Positions 40,877 through 54,372 of a stretch of DNA of 64,000 nucleotides are shown piece after piece. Both the position numbers and the translations under genes were made by a program. This DNA is from Eledone cirrhosa (Eukaryota): positions 97,898,001 to 97,962,000 of the forward strand of contig OZ024743.1 of NCBI GenBank assembly GCA_964016885.1. Reading direction: 5' to 3'. The notes beneath the pieces were generated by a model. That model was not told where the DNA came from, made no database searches, and saw only the letters and a list, made by a program, of their open reading frames with translations. Numbering within the stretch: position 1 is the stretch's first letter; the number at the start of each line of letters is the position of its first letter.

Positions 40877-40992
40877 GGAAATTGTTTAACCCCGGCGGCA
40901 GAGCTCAGGCCGTTTCGACGGCTATTTCTGGAATAGTCCAGAAATAGCCGTCGAAACGGCTTGAGCTCTGCCGTCGGGGTTAAACAATTTCC
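40877..40992. repeat. 116-bp palindrome made of two hammerhead 3' halves, in (TA)n
   Basis: Arms fold around ATAG (40933-40936). The right arm reads ...gccgtc-GAAAC-ggc(ttgagctct)gcc-GTC-ggggtt; no CTGANGA. A single arm of the same family lies at 22616-22674. Confidence 0.75.
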
Positions 40993-41111
40993 TATATATA
41001 TACAGCTGATTGAACTAGAGTGTCTTGCTCAAGGACACAACACACTGCTCGACTCAGCGATCGAACTCACAACCCTACGATTCTTCTTATATATATATAT
41101 ATATATAATAT

Positions 41112-41143
<32 letters not shown>

Positions 41144-41294
41144 AGAAGAATATCGGTAAACATTTATCTATTATTTCTTCAAACTTAATTGATTATTTAT
41201 TTAGTTAATTTCTCCGGACTAAGAAGAAAAATTAGGTAAATTTTATGTCTGTTCTTCAAACTTATACAGTTTGGGACCAGTGACATCGCAACTG

Positions 41295-41428
41295 ATATGT
41301 ACAGCTGAGTGAACTGGAGAAACGTTAAATAAAGTGTCTTGCTGAAGGACATAACGCGTCACCCGGTCCGAGAATCGAACTCATCAACTTTACGGTTGTA
41401 AGCCTGACTCTAACCACTAAGCCATACA
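41295..41428 (-). mobile_element. SINE family B head
   Basis: Minus strand TGGCTTAGTGGTTAGAG (A box) and GAGTTCGATTC (B box). Confidence 0.8.
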
Positions 41429-42183
41429 CACATTGAAGGCAATAAGTGAATGTAGTGGACGTAACGTGCCGCGTTATTTTATAAGTAGCGCATATTACTT
41501 GAACACTGAAATCGATGACTGTGCTGCCCTCAACTGCCACGAAGATTAACACAACATGTTTGGTTGTCTTTATTTATTTGATTGTTACTTTATTTATCCA
41601 TGTATTTATTTTACATTTTCTTCTTTCCCATACTACTCTCACTACTATCACCACCACTACTACTACTATTACTACTACCACCACTACTACCACTACTACT
41701 ACTATTACTACTACCACTACTACTACCACTTCCACTACTACCTCTACTAAAACTATTACTACAACCACTACTATATTGCGGAGGGATATGTGGTAGGTAT
41801 TGTATCCAGGCTTTTTTCCTTTACATTGATTTTGGCCAACTTCTAAAGAATCCACTTTACTCAGAACTGCTGTTGACAAGCCCACTCACAATTCACACTA
41901 AATGATGAAAAGTGCCTTTTTCTCTCTTCACTGACGTAGTATACCTCCTACCCCCGTAAACACATCGTTGTCGTTTACGGTATACAACTACCTTAATCAA
42001 TATCAACATATGTGTTAGACATATCCTAGTCTTCACATCACTTTCCACTCATCTTAAGCATTATCTTTGCATTATACATCCATCCCATCCCTCAACTTTA
42101 TTCCTTACTATTTTTCTTCTGTGAACGTCAGTTCTTCCGTTTCATTTCTGCATCTCCCGCTCTTCCTCATACTCTCTCACACA

Positions 42184-42249
<66 letters not shown>

Positions 42250-42479
42250 ATCTTCATCACATTCCATCTAACCTCAACACTAAACTTTTTGTCATTTAAA
42301 CACAAATCAACTCGTTTCTAGTGGTTTCTTATTTCTCCAGTCTCTGTCTTCACTTTCACATACGTCCGTCACACACTCTCGCCTTCCCTACCGGCTTGCC
42401 TCTCCCTGTCTCTCCCACGTAAATCTACACACACATACACATACACACACACACAAACATATATATACACATATAACAA

Positions 42480-42528
<49 letters not shown>

Positions 42529-42589
42529 CGTGTGTAATTATATATATATATACACACATTTATGCATGTATTCATGTATATACACTTCT

Positions 42590-42850
42590 TACTGGTAATT
42601 CGTCGATTACGACGACGAGTGTTCCAGTTGATATGATCAACGGAACAGCCTGCTCGTAAAATTAACGTGCAAGTGGCTGAGCATTCTAGGGAGATTCAGC
42701 GTAAGACAGAATGTGACAAGGCTGGCCCTTCGAATTACAGGCACACCTTATTTTCGCCAGTTGAGTAGACTAGAGTAACGTGAAATAAAGTGTCTTGCTC
42801 AAGGACATAACAACTGCGAGCCGAATACCCTAACCTCGAAGACATGCACC
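42590..42850 (-). mobile_element. SINE family B
   Basis: AAAGTGTCTTGCTCAAGGACA and GGAACAGCCTGCTCGT shared with copies near 2700, 21200, 32500, 41020 and 41330. Confidence 0.78.
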
Positions 42851-42852
42851 TT

Positions 42853-42913
<61 letters not shown>

Positions 42914-43080
42914 TCATCTTTTTCCATTTATCTGAGGGTTCTAAACCCCATTATCAGGCTAAAATTTCTTTAGATGAGGAATACAGTGAAAGGTATTCTA
43001 TTTTCTAATTTCCAACCTGCTTACTGTTGCAAAACATACTTACATATATATATACATATATATACATATATATATATTCT

Positions 43081-43211
43081 CGACTCCGTAAGGATGAGAG
43101 GTGAAGTTAACCTCGGCGGGATTAGAAAGGGGCAGAATGGAAAGAGGCGTAATTCTATGCATCAAACCATGGCGTGTCCGACCCCCTACTGATACTGCCA
43201 ATCCTCCACCG
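43081..43211 (-). mobile_element. SINE family A fragment
   Basis: Reverse complement of head and core. Confidence 0.78.
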
Positions 43212-43411
43212 TTGCTCCTTCTACCTGGAGTTGCGACCGATAGATAGTATTAGCAATTGGAAAGACCAACGGAAACATTGTTCCCTCGGTCCGATTTGAC
43301 GAAAGTCGATCGTTCCTTATATATATATATAATAATAATAAATTTGAAGACTAAACTCCAAAGAGGGCTCGATAAGGGTAAATATATATCAAATATATAA
43401 AAACCGTAGAG

Positions 43412-43504
<93 letters not shown>

Positions 43505-44007
43505 TGGTAAACGGAATAGAAAATGCTGACAAATTGTTCACAGTGAAAAATAGTTTAATTAGGAATAAGTGAGAATTAGTAATTGTATTGGTTAGTATTC
43601 AGTTTTGGTTTTAAGTTTTACCGGTTGCGCATCTCAAAAATAATTTTGAGATAGAGCGTCCGTGATGTTTGCTCTGATCTGATTAGTTTGGGGAATTCTA
43701 CCTGTTTTTATGTTAAAAAAGTGGCTCCAGCGGTATTAAAATAAGTTTTGCGCCAATTCGTGTTGCAAAAATTCTTGTGGTCAAAACAATTTTGATGGGT
43801 CGGTAGAGGACATGTGAATGTAAAAAATTGATTTTGCGCCAAATGTAGGTTTGTGTCGGCTGACTGAGAAAAGACTCTTTCACAACAAATATGTGTGTGT
43901 GTGTGTGTGTGTGTGTAGTAGTAGTAAAATGTTCGTTGTTGTGATAATGGTCAGCAGGGATGTGTGTGCGAACCGCAGCCTGTTGACAGTTCAAATGCCT
44001 ATTAAGA

Positions 44008-44086
<79 letters not shown>

Positions 44087-44202
44087 CAGAGTAATTCGTG
44101 GTAGAGCGATGGTCAGTAGGAATGTGTCTGTGGGGAATGTGTGAGTGGGGGATATTTTAACATGTTAAAAGATATTTTTCAGCTCTTGTCTTATACGGAG
44201 AA

Positions 44203-44251
<49 letters not shown>

Positions 44252-44862
44252 TCTTTAGGGATTCCATTAGCCTGTAAGATCTTCATCAGGCAGTGACGGT
44301 CCACAGAATCAAAGGCCTTCCTAAAGTCAATAAAAACCATGACCGCAGGAAGGCAGTTTACTCTAGCAGTATCCTCCTCAGCATCAGGATGTGACTGGTG
44401 GTTGATCTTCCCGCTCTGAAGCCGTTCTGGTTGTCCCTGAGCTTCTTCTCCATCTCAGGCTGGATCCTGTTAAGAATCATCCTGTTGAGGGTCTTTGCCA
44501 CAAGTGACGTCAGTGAGATCCCCCTGTAGTTGTTGGTGTTAGAGAGATATCCCTTCTTTGGCACTGGGACGATGTTACTGATCCTCCACTGATTCGGGGC
44601 AACTCCTTTCTCCAGTGCCCGGTTACAGAACCCCAGGATGATATCATCAAATCACACCTCTTCATCACCTCTGATGCCACTCCATCTACTCCATGATCCT
44701 CTTCTTGGCTCTCTGAAGCTCCTCTCTGGTGAAGGGCTCTGTCTCAACATCCAGTTCCTCAAACAGCCGCCTGATCTCCCCAGTGCTCTGGGCTGTGGAG
44801 GGTGGCTCTCCTAGTAGGGTCCTAAAATGGTCTAGCCATTTCCTCTTCCTATGCCCTGGCCC
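44252..44862 (-). mobile_element. RTE-clade LINE, RT N-terminal part, inverted relative to the APE part
   Basis: PKKG..NYRGISLTSLVAK, QNGFRAGRST, FIDFRKAFDSVDR..LMKILQANGIP. Confidence 0.9.
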
Positions 44863-44864
44863 GG

Positions 44865-46367
44865 AGTAGTAGTACCTGCTAGGGCTCCATTTATGGGTTA
44901 AATAACTACCTCATTCGAGTGCCGCAGGTAAGGTATTGTCAGCCATTGAAAAGAAATATGGAGAGTCGATCTAACAGCACTAGGGTTAGAGCCCCTAATT
45001 ACACTGTCAAAGAGCAATCTGGTCGTTATGACTCTGCTGGCTTAGAGCCTAGAGAGGGCCAGTGGATGATGGATCAGCCGTCTCTGAGACAAATATAAAG
45101 AATGCAGTTTTGTCCTGCAGAAGAGCCATCAAAATGGGCACTTTGAATGTGAGGACTATTCGGACGCTGGAGAAGAGAGAGGAGTTGGGACATCTGTTTG
45201 AGGAGAGTGGTATAGAGATACTTGCGATCCAAGAACACAAGACCCTACACGATGAGCCCGTGAGGAGTGTGATGATCGGGAAGAGGAGCCAGCTCATCAC
45301 TACATCGGCAGTGAAGAACCTGACCAATGCTGCATTGGGAGGAGTGGGTTTTGTTTTCAGCACAAAAACCAGTCTATTGGTGAGGGAAATAATGCCTGTC
45401 TCCCCGCGAGTGTTGAGGGTGACCTTCAATGGAAACCCAAGACTGACAGTCATCTCAGCCTATAGTTCAACCAAGGGGACAATGATGTGAGTGCGGAAGA
45501 GTTTCATGAGGAGGTGTGTAGAGCTGTCAACACCACTCAAGCACACAATATCCTGCTTGTTTTGGGGGACTTCAATGCAAATCTGAGTAAGGAGAGCAGT
45601 GAAGATCCATGCTAGTACTTCCATAACAACACCAACCGAAATGGAAGACTACTGAGAGACACCCTGCTGGAGGCGAACTTGATAGCGACCAACCTAAGGT
45701 TTAGGAAGAATCTGGGGAAGATGTGGACCTACATCTCAGATATGCACCTGTCCAAGTCAAAGATTGATTTCATTCTAGTGAGGAAAAAGTGGTGGAATGG
45801 TGTTCTGAACACAAAACCATACAACTATTTCAGTACACTGGGTAGTGACCATCGGCTTGTTATGAGTGAGGTCCGGGTGAGCTTAAGAAAGAACAAGGCT
45901 CGGCCCCGGAGAGCAATCTATGACAGGGGAGCTTTCAAGGAAGATGATAAGCTACAGGAGAGGTTCACAGTGGAAGTGAGAAACAGGTTCAGTGCTCTGT
46001 GTGGAGAGTCAGAGGAGAGAGAGATTGGATGGACTGAGGAGAGTGTGACGAGGAGGTACGGGCACTTCACCAATGCAGTGGTGGAAGCAAGTGAAACCCT
46101 GGTGCCGAGGAAAAAGAACAAAAGGAAGCACGTCAGCTCTGCAAACCCAAAAGTGTGTGCAGCCAGAGAACACCTGAAAGCTGCCAAGGACCAATTCTAT
46201 GCTGATCCTACGGAGGAGAGGATGGAGACTGTGGAGGTAATGAGGGAAGAACTCTGTACCGCTTACACTGAGGCCAGAGAGGAGGCACTGATAGAGAAGA
46301 TCAGAAGTGTGGAGAGAGCGGTTGACAGATCCGGATGTAAGGAGAGCTGGATGATCATCAACGAGAT
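44865..46367 (+). mobile_element. RTE-clade LINE, 5' part (APE endonuclease + linker), disrupted
   Basis: MGTLNVRT, LAIQEH, GGVGF, GDFNA (ggggacttcaatgca), KIDFILV, LGSDHRLV, EVRNRFSAL. Confidence 0.9.
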
Positions 46368-46540
46368 ATATATATATTATATATATATTATATATATATA
46401 TATTATATTTATTAAAATAACAGATTAAAGAATAACTTAATGGTTCAACTTTTCCTCGGATAGTAACTATCCAAGGAAAACTTGAACCGTTAAGGTATTT
46501 TTTTCCTGGTTATGTCAAAATTTATAAAACAAACTTTGTA

Positions 46541-46597
46541 TTTTATCTGATGAGAACATACCAAAGTTTTGGTACCCTTGAAACATATATAATAGAA
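46541..46597 (+). ncRNA. Partly degenerate hammerhead, same family as 49479
   Basis: ttttat-CTGATGA-gaacatacc...ggtaccctt-GAAA-catat-ATA-atagaa. Downstream flank aligns by eye with 49540-49670. Confidence 0.6.
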
Positions 46598-46872
46598 TAA
46601 ATATGGTTTTATATATATAGTTTCCATTTATTTAATATCATTGAATATTATACTCCAGAAAACTTGTCGAGTGCTTTGAATCAGTTATAAACATTTATAT
46701 TTGTTGAATTACCAACAAATTACATATCCCTTTTGCTTATCTTCATATATATATATATGTGTGTGTGTGTGCGCGCGTGTATTTGTGTGTATATACCCCC
46801 GCACTCTCCTGAGCGTGAATTTAATAAACATTTATCGTACTGCCTCTCTGTTCTGTCCCTGTTCAATTTTTC

Positions 46873-46907
<35 letters not shown>

Positions 46908-46987
46908 AGGGAGAGATGTGTGTTATAGATTGACAAGGACTCGCCACTGAACCATACTAATGAATACCATATATACACACACATATA

Positions 46988-47048
<61 letters not shown>

Positions 47049-47160
47049 CTAAAATTATGAGGGCTGAAATACCACATTTGTCTGAGAAATTTAATTAGAA
47101 GCAACGGAATATACATAAAATAAAATAAAATATATACAGGCCGCCTCAATAACTATTACA

Positions 47161-47246
47161 TCTCCCGGACAGATTAGGGGTTTAATCTGTTTCGCCCTGA
47201 GAATTGTGTTTGTTACAGATAATCCATGGGCATCATCAGCGTGAGA
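47161..47246 (-). ncRNA. Type I hammerhead ribozyme
   Basis: tctcacg-CTGATGA-t-gccc...gggc-GAAAC-agatta(aacccc)taatct-GTC-cgggaga. Long, stable stem III. Confidence 0.82.
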
Positions 47247-47520
47247 ATAGATTAAATGAAACAAACACCTAAGCCAAAGGCCACACGAATGAATATTTCA
47301 CCTCGTGTGCTAGAAGTCAAAAGTGGTGTGAGCGGATTGGCTAGAAACAATAGCCTAATCCACCCAACTTATACGTTCACCTAGTATTTCAACCCTCGTA
47401 ATTTTAGACGATTTACTGTGTTTATTACTACATATATTATTATTAAAATGCTCAGTATTTATACTTTGAGCTTGTTAATTACGGGGTATCAATGTGAGTT
47501 ATTAAACTCTGTATTTTATT

Positions 47521-47867
47521 TGTATATATATAAAAGCGAGCATGTGTGTGTGTCTGTGTACAACTTTGCATACGTAAGGCTATTAGAATTACCAACTGAA
47601 TTTGACCAAATTTTCTGTGCACAGGTCGCTAAGATTGTCACATCACAAACATTTTTCAAATCGACCCACGTTGGGCAATAAAAAATCGATATCAAAATTA
47701 TCGGTAGCAAAATTGATGTAAGGGAGATAACCAACTTTATTGACAAACCTTATTAAGAGACTGCTTATTTTGACAGGTTGGGGACAAATAATGTTCTTCT
47801 TTTACTTCCTAACTGTATATTCTTAGCATAATTTCAAACCCCGAGCAATGCCGGGTAAATCTGCTAG
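47521..47867 (+). mobile_element. Non-autonomous Helitron-like element
   Basis: 5' TATATATATAAAAG; 3' CCCGAGCAATGCCGGG hairpin, 8 nt, then CTAG|T. Confidence 0.72.
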
Positions 47868-48197
47868 TCTTTAATATATTTTATTCAATATATACATGCC
47901 TTACTATGGTAGACTTACTTCATCGACCGGTTTAACACCACAACCTACAACTTATGTGCCTATTGCCATGTCCACAACTCTGTTGCAAGCATTCTGACCA
48001 GAACTCTGGTTTATGATGCCTATTTCTCGCTACTATCAGTCTTGATGGACATCAAAAGGGCCACGAGCCCTCTCAATCTCTCCCTGATTAAACAGTAGAA
48101 ATAATACACCCTTTCTTAACTTTCACCCCACACAGTCTCCTTACTCCTCTTTCTAGCTACCTCTCTCTTGTCTTCATCCTCGGACTTCCTTTCTCTC

Positions 48198-49014
48198 AAT
48201 ATAGCTCTCTATATAGCTCTATATAGCTCTCTATATAGTTCTCTATAACTCTCTATATAGCTCTCTATATAGCTCTCTATAGCTCTATATATAGCTCTAT
48301 ATAGCTATCTATATAGCTCTCTATATAGCTCTATATATAGCTCTCTATAGCTCTCTATATAGCTCTCTATAGCTCTCTATATCTCTCTATATAGCTCTAT
48401 ATAGCTCTATATATAGCTCTCTATAGCTCTATATATAGCTCTATATAGCTCTCAATATAGCTCTCTATAGCTCTCTATATAGCTCTATATATCTCTCTAT
48501 ACAGCTCTCTATAGCTCTATATATAGCTCTATATAGCTCTATATGTAGCTCTATATAGCTCTCTATATAGCTCTCTATGGCTCTCTATATAGCTCTCTAT
48601 ATAGCTCTATATAGCTCTCTATATATCTCTATATAGCTCTATATATAGTTTTATATATAGCTCTATATATAGCTCTCTATAGCTCTATATATAACTCTCT
48701 ATAGCTCTATATATAGCTCTCTATAGCTCTCTCTAGGTCTCTATATAGCTCTCTATATAGCTCTATATAGCTCTCTATATAGCTTTATATATAGCTCTCT
48801 ATAGCTCTATATAGCTCTCTACACAGCTCTCTATAGCTCTCTATATAGCTCTATATATAGCTCTCTATAGCTCTCTATATAGCTCTATATATAGCTCTCT
48901 ATAGTTCTCTATATAGCTCTCCATATAGCTCTCTATATAGCTCTCTATATAGCTCTCTATATAGCTCTCTATATAGCTCTCTATAGCTCTCTATAGCTCT
49001 CTATATAGCTCTCT
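48198..49014. repeat. 10-12-bp minisatellite (ATATAGCTCT[CT])n
   Basis: Directly visible degenerate tandem repeat. Confidence 0.95.
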
Positions 49015-49161
49015 ACTTCTCCTCTCATACAAACACACACAACTGAAGACATCGTATACTACCAATCAACCTTCGTTGTCACTACCTGCCACCATTTACT
49101 CTTTCTTACTGGCTTTAGCTCTCTCTCTCTCTTTCTATTTATTTCATACACACTCACTTCT

Positions 49162-49233
<72 letters not shown>

Positions 49234-49276
49234 GATATATTAACAAATGGAAACTATATTTATAAAACCATATTTA

Positions 49277-49337
49277 TTTCATTATACATATTTCAAGGAC
49301 ACCAAGTTAAATTATGGTGTGCTTTCATCAGATAAAA
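49277..49337 (-). ncRNA. Type I hammerhead ribozyme (inverted copy of 49479-49539)
   Basis: Reverse complement of the 49479 motif, in the left arm of a palindrome. Confidence 0.75.
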
Positions 49338-49478
49338 TATAATATCGATCAGTTTCATAAATAAATATTGACATACCCTTAAAGAATGCGACCATATCTA
49401 TCCGGGAGCTTCCAACAGAAATGGTCGCATTCTTTAAGGGTATGTCAATATTTATTTATAAAACTGATCTATATTATA

Positions 49479-49539
49479 TTTTATCTGATGAAAGCACACC
49501 ATAATTTAACTTGGTGTCCTTGAAATATGTATAATGAAA
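49479..49539 (+). ncRNA. Type I hammerhead ribozyme
   Basis: ttttat-CTGATGA-aagcacacca...tggtgtcctt-GAAA-tatgt-ATA-atgaaa. Confidence 0.75.
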
Positions 49540-49670
49540 TAAATATGGTTTTATAAATATAGTTTCCATTTGTTAATATATCGTATTTTTACTCAAATAA
49601 TTTGTTGAGTGCTTTATATCAGTTATAAAAATATTTGCTTGTTGTATCCCAACAATTTAAATATAACTTC

Positions 49671-49731
<61 letters not shown>

Positions 49732-49763
49732 GTCTATCCATCTATATATCTATGTATCTAACT

Positions 49764-50625
49764 CACAGTCCTCTGTCAAGCGGGCACAGCAATCAGTGGA
49801 GACTCCACTTCGACGAGCTCACCAGTCTGTTGGGTAGGACTTTCCGCCCGGGACCTATGGACAACTTCCAGAGGTCCCTGGCCTGGCAGTGCTACCGAGG
49901 AGCTCTACCAGTTCAAGATAAGATCTACAAGCACGGACGCCCCGGCAGGGATCCTTCCAAGAGGACGTGTCCAAAATGCGAGCAGGACATTGAAACCGTC
50001 TTGCACGCAATTGTACACTGCCCGGGCGTAACCGACCTGTGGAGCTACACAGAACAACTGCTGTCGCGTATGGGACAAATCCAGTTGACTGCCGAGTTCA
50101 TAGTAAGGATCAAACTCCCAGCCTCTTTCAAAAACGAAAGAGTGGCGGTTTTCCTCTTTAGAGTGGCTATGGTAAAAGAGGTTATATGGTGGACGAGATT
50201 AAGAGGACTGAGGACAAATGCCTTTCTCTCCGGACAACTCATTCCCTTCTTTAGATACCACTTTAGAAGGAGAATCAGAGTGGAGAGAGAGAGAGGTACT
50301 TCACCCCAGTAAATTTACTGAAAGGTGGGTGAATGTAGCAAAAATAGCCCGAGTGATTGGGTCTTCTCTGTATATAAACCTGTAGGTTGAAGAAGGGAGC
50401 AAAAGGAAGAAAGGGGCACTTGCACAACACGCTCATGAAGTTGGGGGTTGTTCTATCTACAGGGTAATAAACAACCCATTTGTGGCGCCTACCCCCTACT
50501 GCGGATTTCGATTGTTAAATTTGTTTGTTTTAATAATATTTTTAGACGACTGTATGTAAAATCCCCGGCATGTGTCTTTGTATTGTCCCCTTTTCTTGTG
50601 CGCCCTTGTGGCAAATAAAGAAATA
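49764..50625 (+). mobile_element. 5'-truncated Tx1 fragment with 30-bp target-site duplication
   Basis: GPMDNFQRSLAWQCYRGALP, CPKC..ETVLHAIVHC; ends GGCAAATAAAGAAA. CTATCCATCTATATATCTATGTATCTAACT occurs at 49734-49763 and 50697-50726. Confidence 0.9.
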
Positions 50626-50940
50626 TATCTGTCTATCTATCCAACTATCTCTCTATCTATCTATCTATCTATCTATCTAACTATATATCTATCTAACTAT
50701 CCATCTATATATCTATGTATCTAACTATCTATCTATCTAATGTTCTATCCATCCATCTCTATTTTTATATCTCTATACCTTTTCTTCACTGTCTTTCGCA
50801 TCAAATGTGAAGACAAGACAGAGATACATCCAATCACTTCTGACAGTCTCATGAGTTCTCACTCCCTACCATTTTTTCTCTTACTACCCATCCTCTCTCT
50901 TTCTTTCTCTCCCCTACTCTCTCCTCTCTATCTATGTATG

Positions 50941-50973
<33 letters not shown>

Positions 50974-51015
50974 TCACATATACATACATTCATATATATA
51001 TATATATATGTGTGT

Positions 51016-51054
<39 letters not shown>

Positions 51055-51093
51055 TATGTATATGTGTGTATATATATATATATATACATTCAC

Positions 51094-51124
<31 letters not shown>

Positions 51125-51136
51125 TATACATACATT

Positions 51137-51169
<33 letters not shown>

Positions 51170-51220
51170 TTATTTGTATATATATATATATATATATTTA
51201 TTTGTATATATATATATATT

Positions 51221-51394
<174 letters not shown>

Positions 51395-54298
51395 AGTGTG
51401 TGTGTGTGTGTGTGAGTTCCCTTCACTGTCCTCAGTCGTGTCGTAAGAGGTAAGAGAAGACAGATACTTGCAATCTCTACTGTCAGTCAATTGTCACCAA
51501 TAAACAATGATTGTATTGTCATACTATTGGGCATAAACGCTCAAAGTAATTGTCCAGCAGCTTCCATTCAGCTAATGCATTCATGCTGCCTGACTACCTA
51601 GCTCACATGATTGAATATCTTGCTGAAGATGCTAATATCAAGGTTTTCGCGAATAGAACAAAAGACAAAAACTATAATCGGTTCTGTTTAAAACCTCACT
51701 ATTAAAAGAATACTGCTTAATATCTTTACTGTTGGCTTGTTATATAGACACCGGGATAATTCGTTTGCTGGAGATTGGTATAATCGATTTAATACTCCAT
51801 TCTGTCCTATAAGTACTTATTCTACAGATCTCGGAGGCAATAAATATATCGTCGGCGCCTTGGATAATTTTAAATAAAAAGAGGAAAATTAATACTTTTA
51901 AAAATTTTAAGATTCGAAGTATGTTTTAGTGTAATTGTGGCATGAGTATAAATACTTGGCATAGTTGTGTCACATATAGTGACCCTGTTGATAACGAGCA
52001 AGCGTGGGAGCCTCGAAGTAGTCATTAGACTTGCGTAACATATAGGAGTTAAAATCTAGCTTATAAAAGTCAGGATGTTCATAACTGGAATACTTTTTCA
52101 TAAGTCTGCTTAATTAAGGATGGCCTCTAGTTAGCAAGAATCCTGTGTATCATAGAAACACGAATTCCGAAAATATTGAGTTTTTGAAGATATTAAAAAT
52201 TAGACTATTTCTTCTGATTAACAGAGTAATTAAAAGAGTAATCTTGTTTGAATGTTTTCAAGATCGTCATTTGTATTTTAGTCAGATAAAATCTGATGTT
52301 ACACAAAAGGATTTAGACACACTGATGTACACACAGATATGAATAAATCATGAAATTTCTCATGAAATTACTAATCTTTTTTAGTGATGGGTAAACTAAA
52401 AAGGAACGATGTAAGTACTGCGTTTCTATTATAATTCCATTCACATCTAGGATGCATAGGAAATATATAAAGAGACTTTGCTGGTATTATATTGTTCTGA
52501 CCTCGGAAGGAGAAAATGTTTCTTTGTATTACGAAATTTAGTAATATTTGAGTCGTTTACAAAGTTGGAATAATCGTAAATATTATAAAAACATTCGTCT
52601 TCCATTCTAGACTTCATTATAGGACTATAAATTGACACCAGTACTTTATTGTATCGACCCTGGAATGATAAATGTCACACAAGAATATCATTATATATCT
52701 ATATTTGTATCTTTGTATATGCCTGTCTACTATACAAGAATTCGTTCATTGATACCTTCCTTACCATGGCTAGTTCGAGGTAGCCTCTACTCTGTTGCTT
52801 TTCCTGCTAAAAGAGTAGCCACAATTCTCTCAAATCTCAACTTTTTTTCTGAAGAAGATACACTGGATAATGTGGTTTCAGATAGCGCTATAGTTAAAAA
52901 TAGTTTGAGTTGTTCATGTTCAGGTTTGACCTATGGTTAAAAAACATCAGCAACAACTACGAAGAGCTGACAAGGGAGCCCCTACGTGGTTCATTGACCT
53001 GCTAGAAATAGTAGTCAAACTCCGTTAAACCACATTCTATAATGTTGTCGTCAAGGATACACTATCCTAGAAACGAAGACGGTATGCTAAAGATTGGAAT
53101 GATCTTTGATCATAAATATGTCAGGTCTGTCAGGACAACAACAATAGCAACAACAACAATAGCAACAACATCAACAGACAGCGCCTTTTTATAGAATAGC
53201 TTTATTATGTCAACCATTCATAGTTTTTACCTATTCAACAACAATGAGGAGATTGATATATATCAACGACTAACAAACATTATATCTGGAGCGAAATACG
53301 TATAGGTAAAAATCCTAAAGAAAATGTAAGGTAACTAACTAGCTCCAGAAATATCGTGAGAAAGAAAACTATTTCCTAGTGTCAAAACATCATGAAGGTA
53401 AATATCGCTCAAAAAGTATTTTGCTGTTTTGTAACAGCGGGGTTTTACTGGTTAACGATACATGGGATAAAAGCGGATATTGACGAAAATGTTATCTTCG
53501 AATATCCGAATTTTATAAGAATAAAGTGCTCCGGTGAGCACGATATAAACTTCTGCTTATAATATGATCAAAATAATTTAAAAATTACTGTCAGCAAAAT
53601 ATCTATATTGCATAAAGGTTCATTTGATTTCAAGAAAACTGCAATAATTCAAAACGTATACTTTATATGCCAGAAAAATGGTTTATGATGAGAGAATATG
53701 ATGTGCCAAAAACTCCTGAGTAATTCAAGAGTATTCAGAATATATTAACAAAAAAAAACACGAAATATTTTGGTCTTCTGCTATGTTTTGAAGCATAATG
53801 ATATTTGTATGAATGAATGAATATAAACTTATCTTAGAATTATTGAGAGAAAGAGAGCAGAATATATATTGTAGACTAATAGTTAAAGCACTCCTACTCA
53901 ATAAACCTCTCTTTGAAAAATAATCCCCTGCCACCATTTATCTACAGTATAAATGTGTTCATACATTTTTATGGGCAGCGAATTTTCAGAGTCGTTAGAC
54001 GTCTGGATAGATTGCTTTAATGTATTCGTTCCGGCTTCCCGCAGTCTGTGTTCAAATCCCGGCGAGAGAAGCTTTTCAATATTTCGAGATTGATAAAAAA
54101 AGACAGATCCTGTTCAGTACTGGAACCGATTCCTCGTCTATATTCCTTTTCTCACTTCCTTTCTATCACCCTCTCTCTCTCTCGAATTACGCTCATATCT
54201 AGATTAAGCATCTAGCTATCAATAAAATTATAGAAACTTTATAGATACTAATGCAGTATCTACCTTTTCTCTAGTACATCATCTTTTTCACCATACAG

Positions 54299-54372
<74 letters not shown>

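Larger units (their letters stand above)
49231..49670. mobile_element. Fold-back hammerhead element: 165-bp inverted arms plus unique tail, in (TA)n
   Basis: 49231-49395 is a near-perfect reverse complement of 49421-49585, with a 25-nt spacer. Confidence 0.8.

Noticed and set aside
43518-43560. CTGACAA-attg(ttca)cagt-GAAA motif; similar weak motifs at 25228-25270 and 25474-25495
   Set aside because: Core mutations and poor stems I/III; possible decayed hammerheads but not supportable.
44270-44300. CTGATGAAG on the minus strand as a hammerhead core
   Set aside because: It is in-frame RT coding sequence (HCLMKIL) with no GAAA or stems.
44865-45060. HDV-like ribozyme in the RTE 5' UTR
   Set aside because: GGGCTC/GAGCCC pairing exists, but I could not build the nested double pseudoknot by eye; needs a descriptor search.
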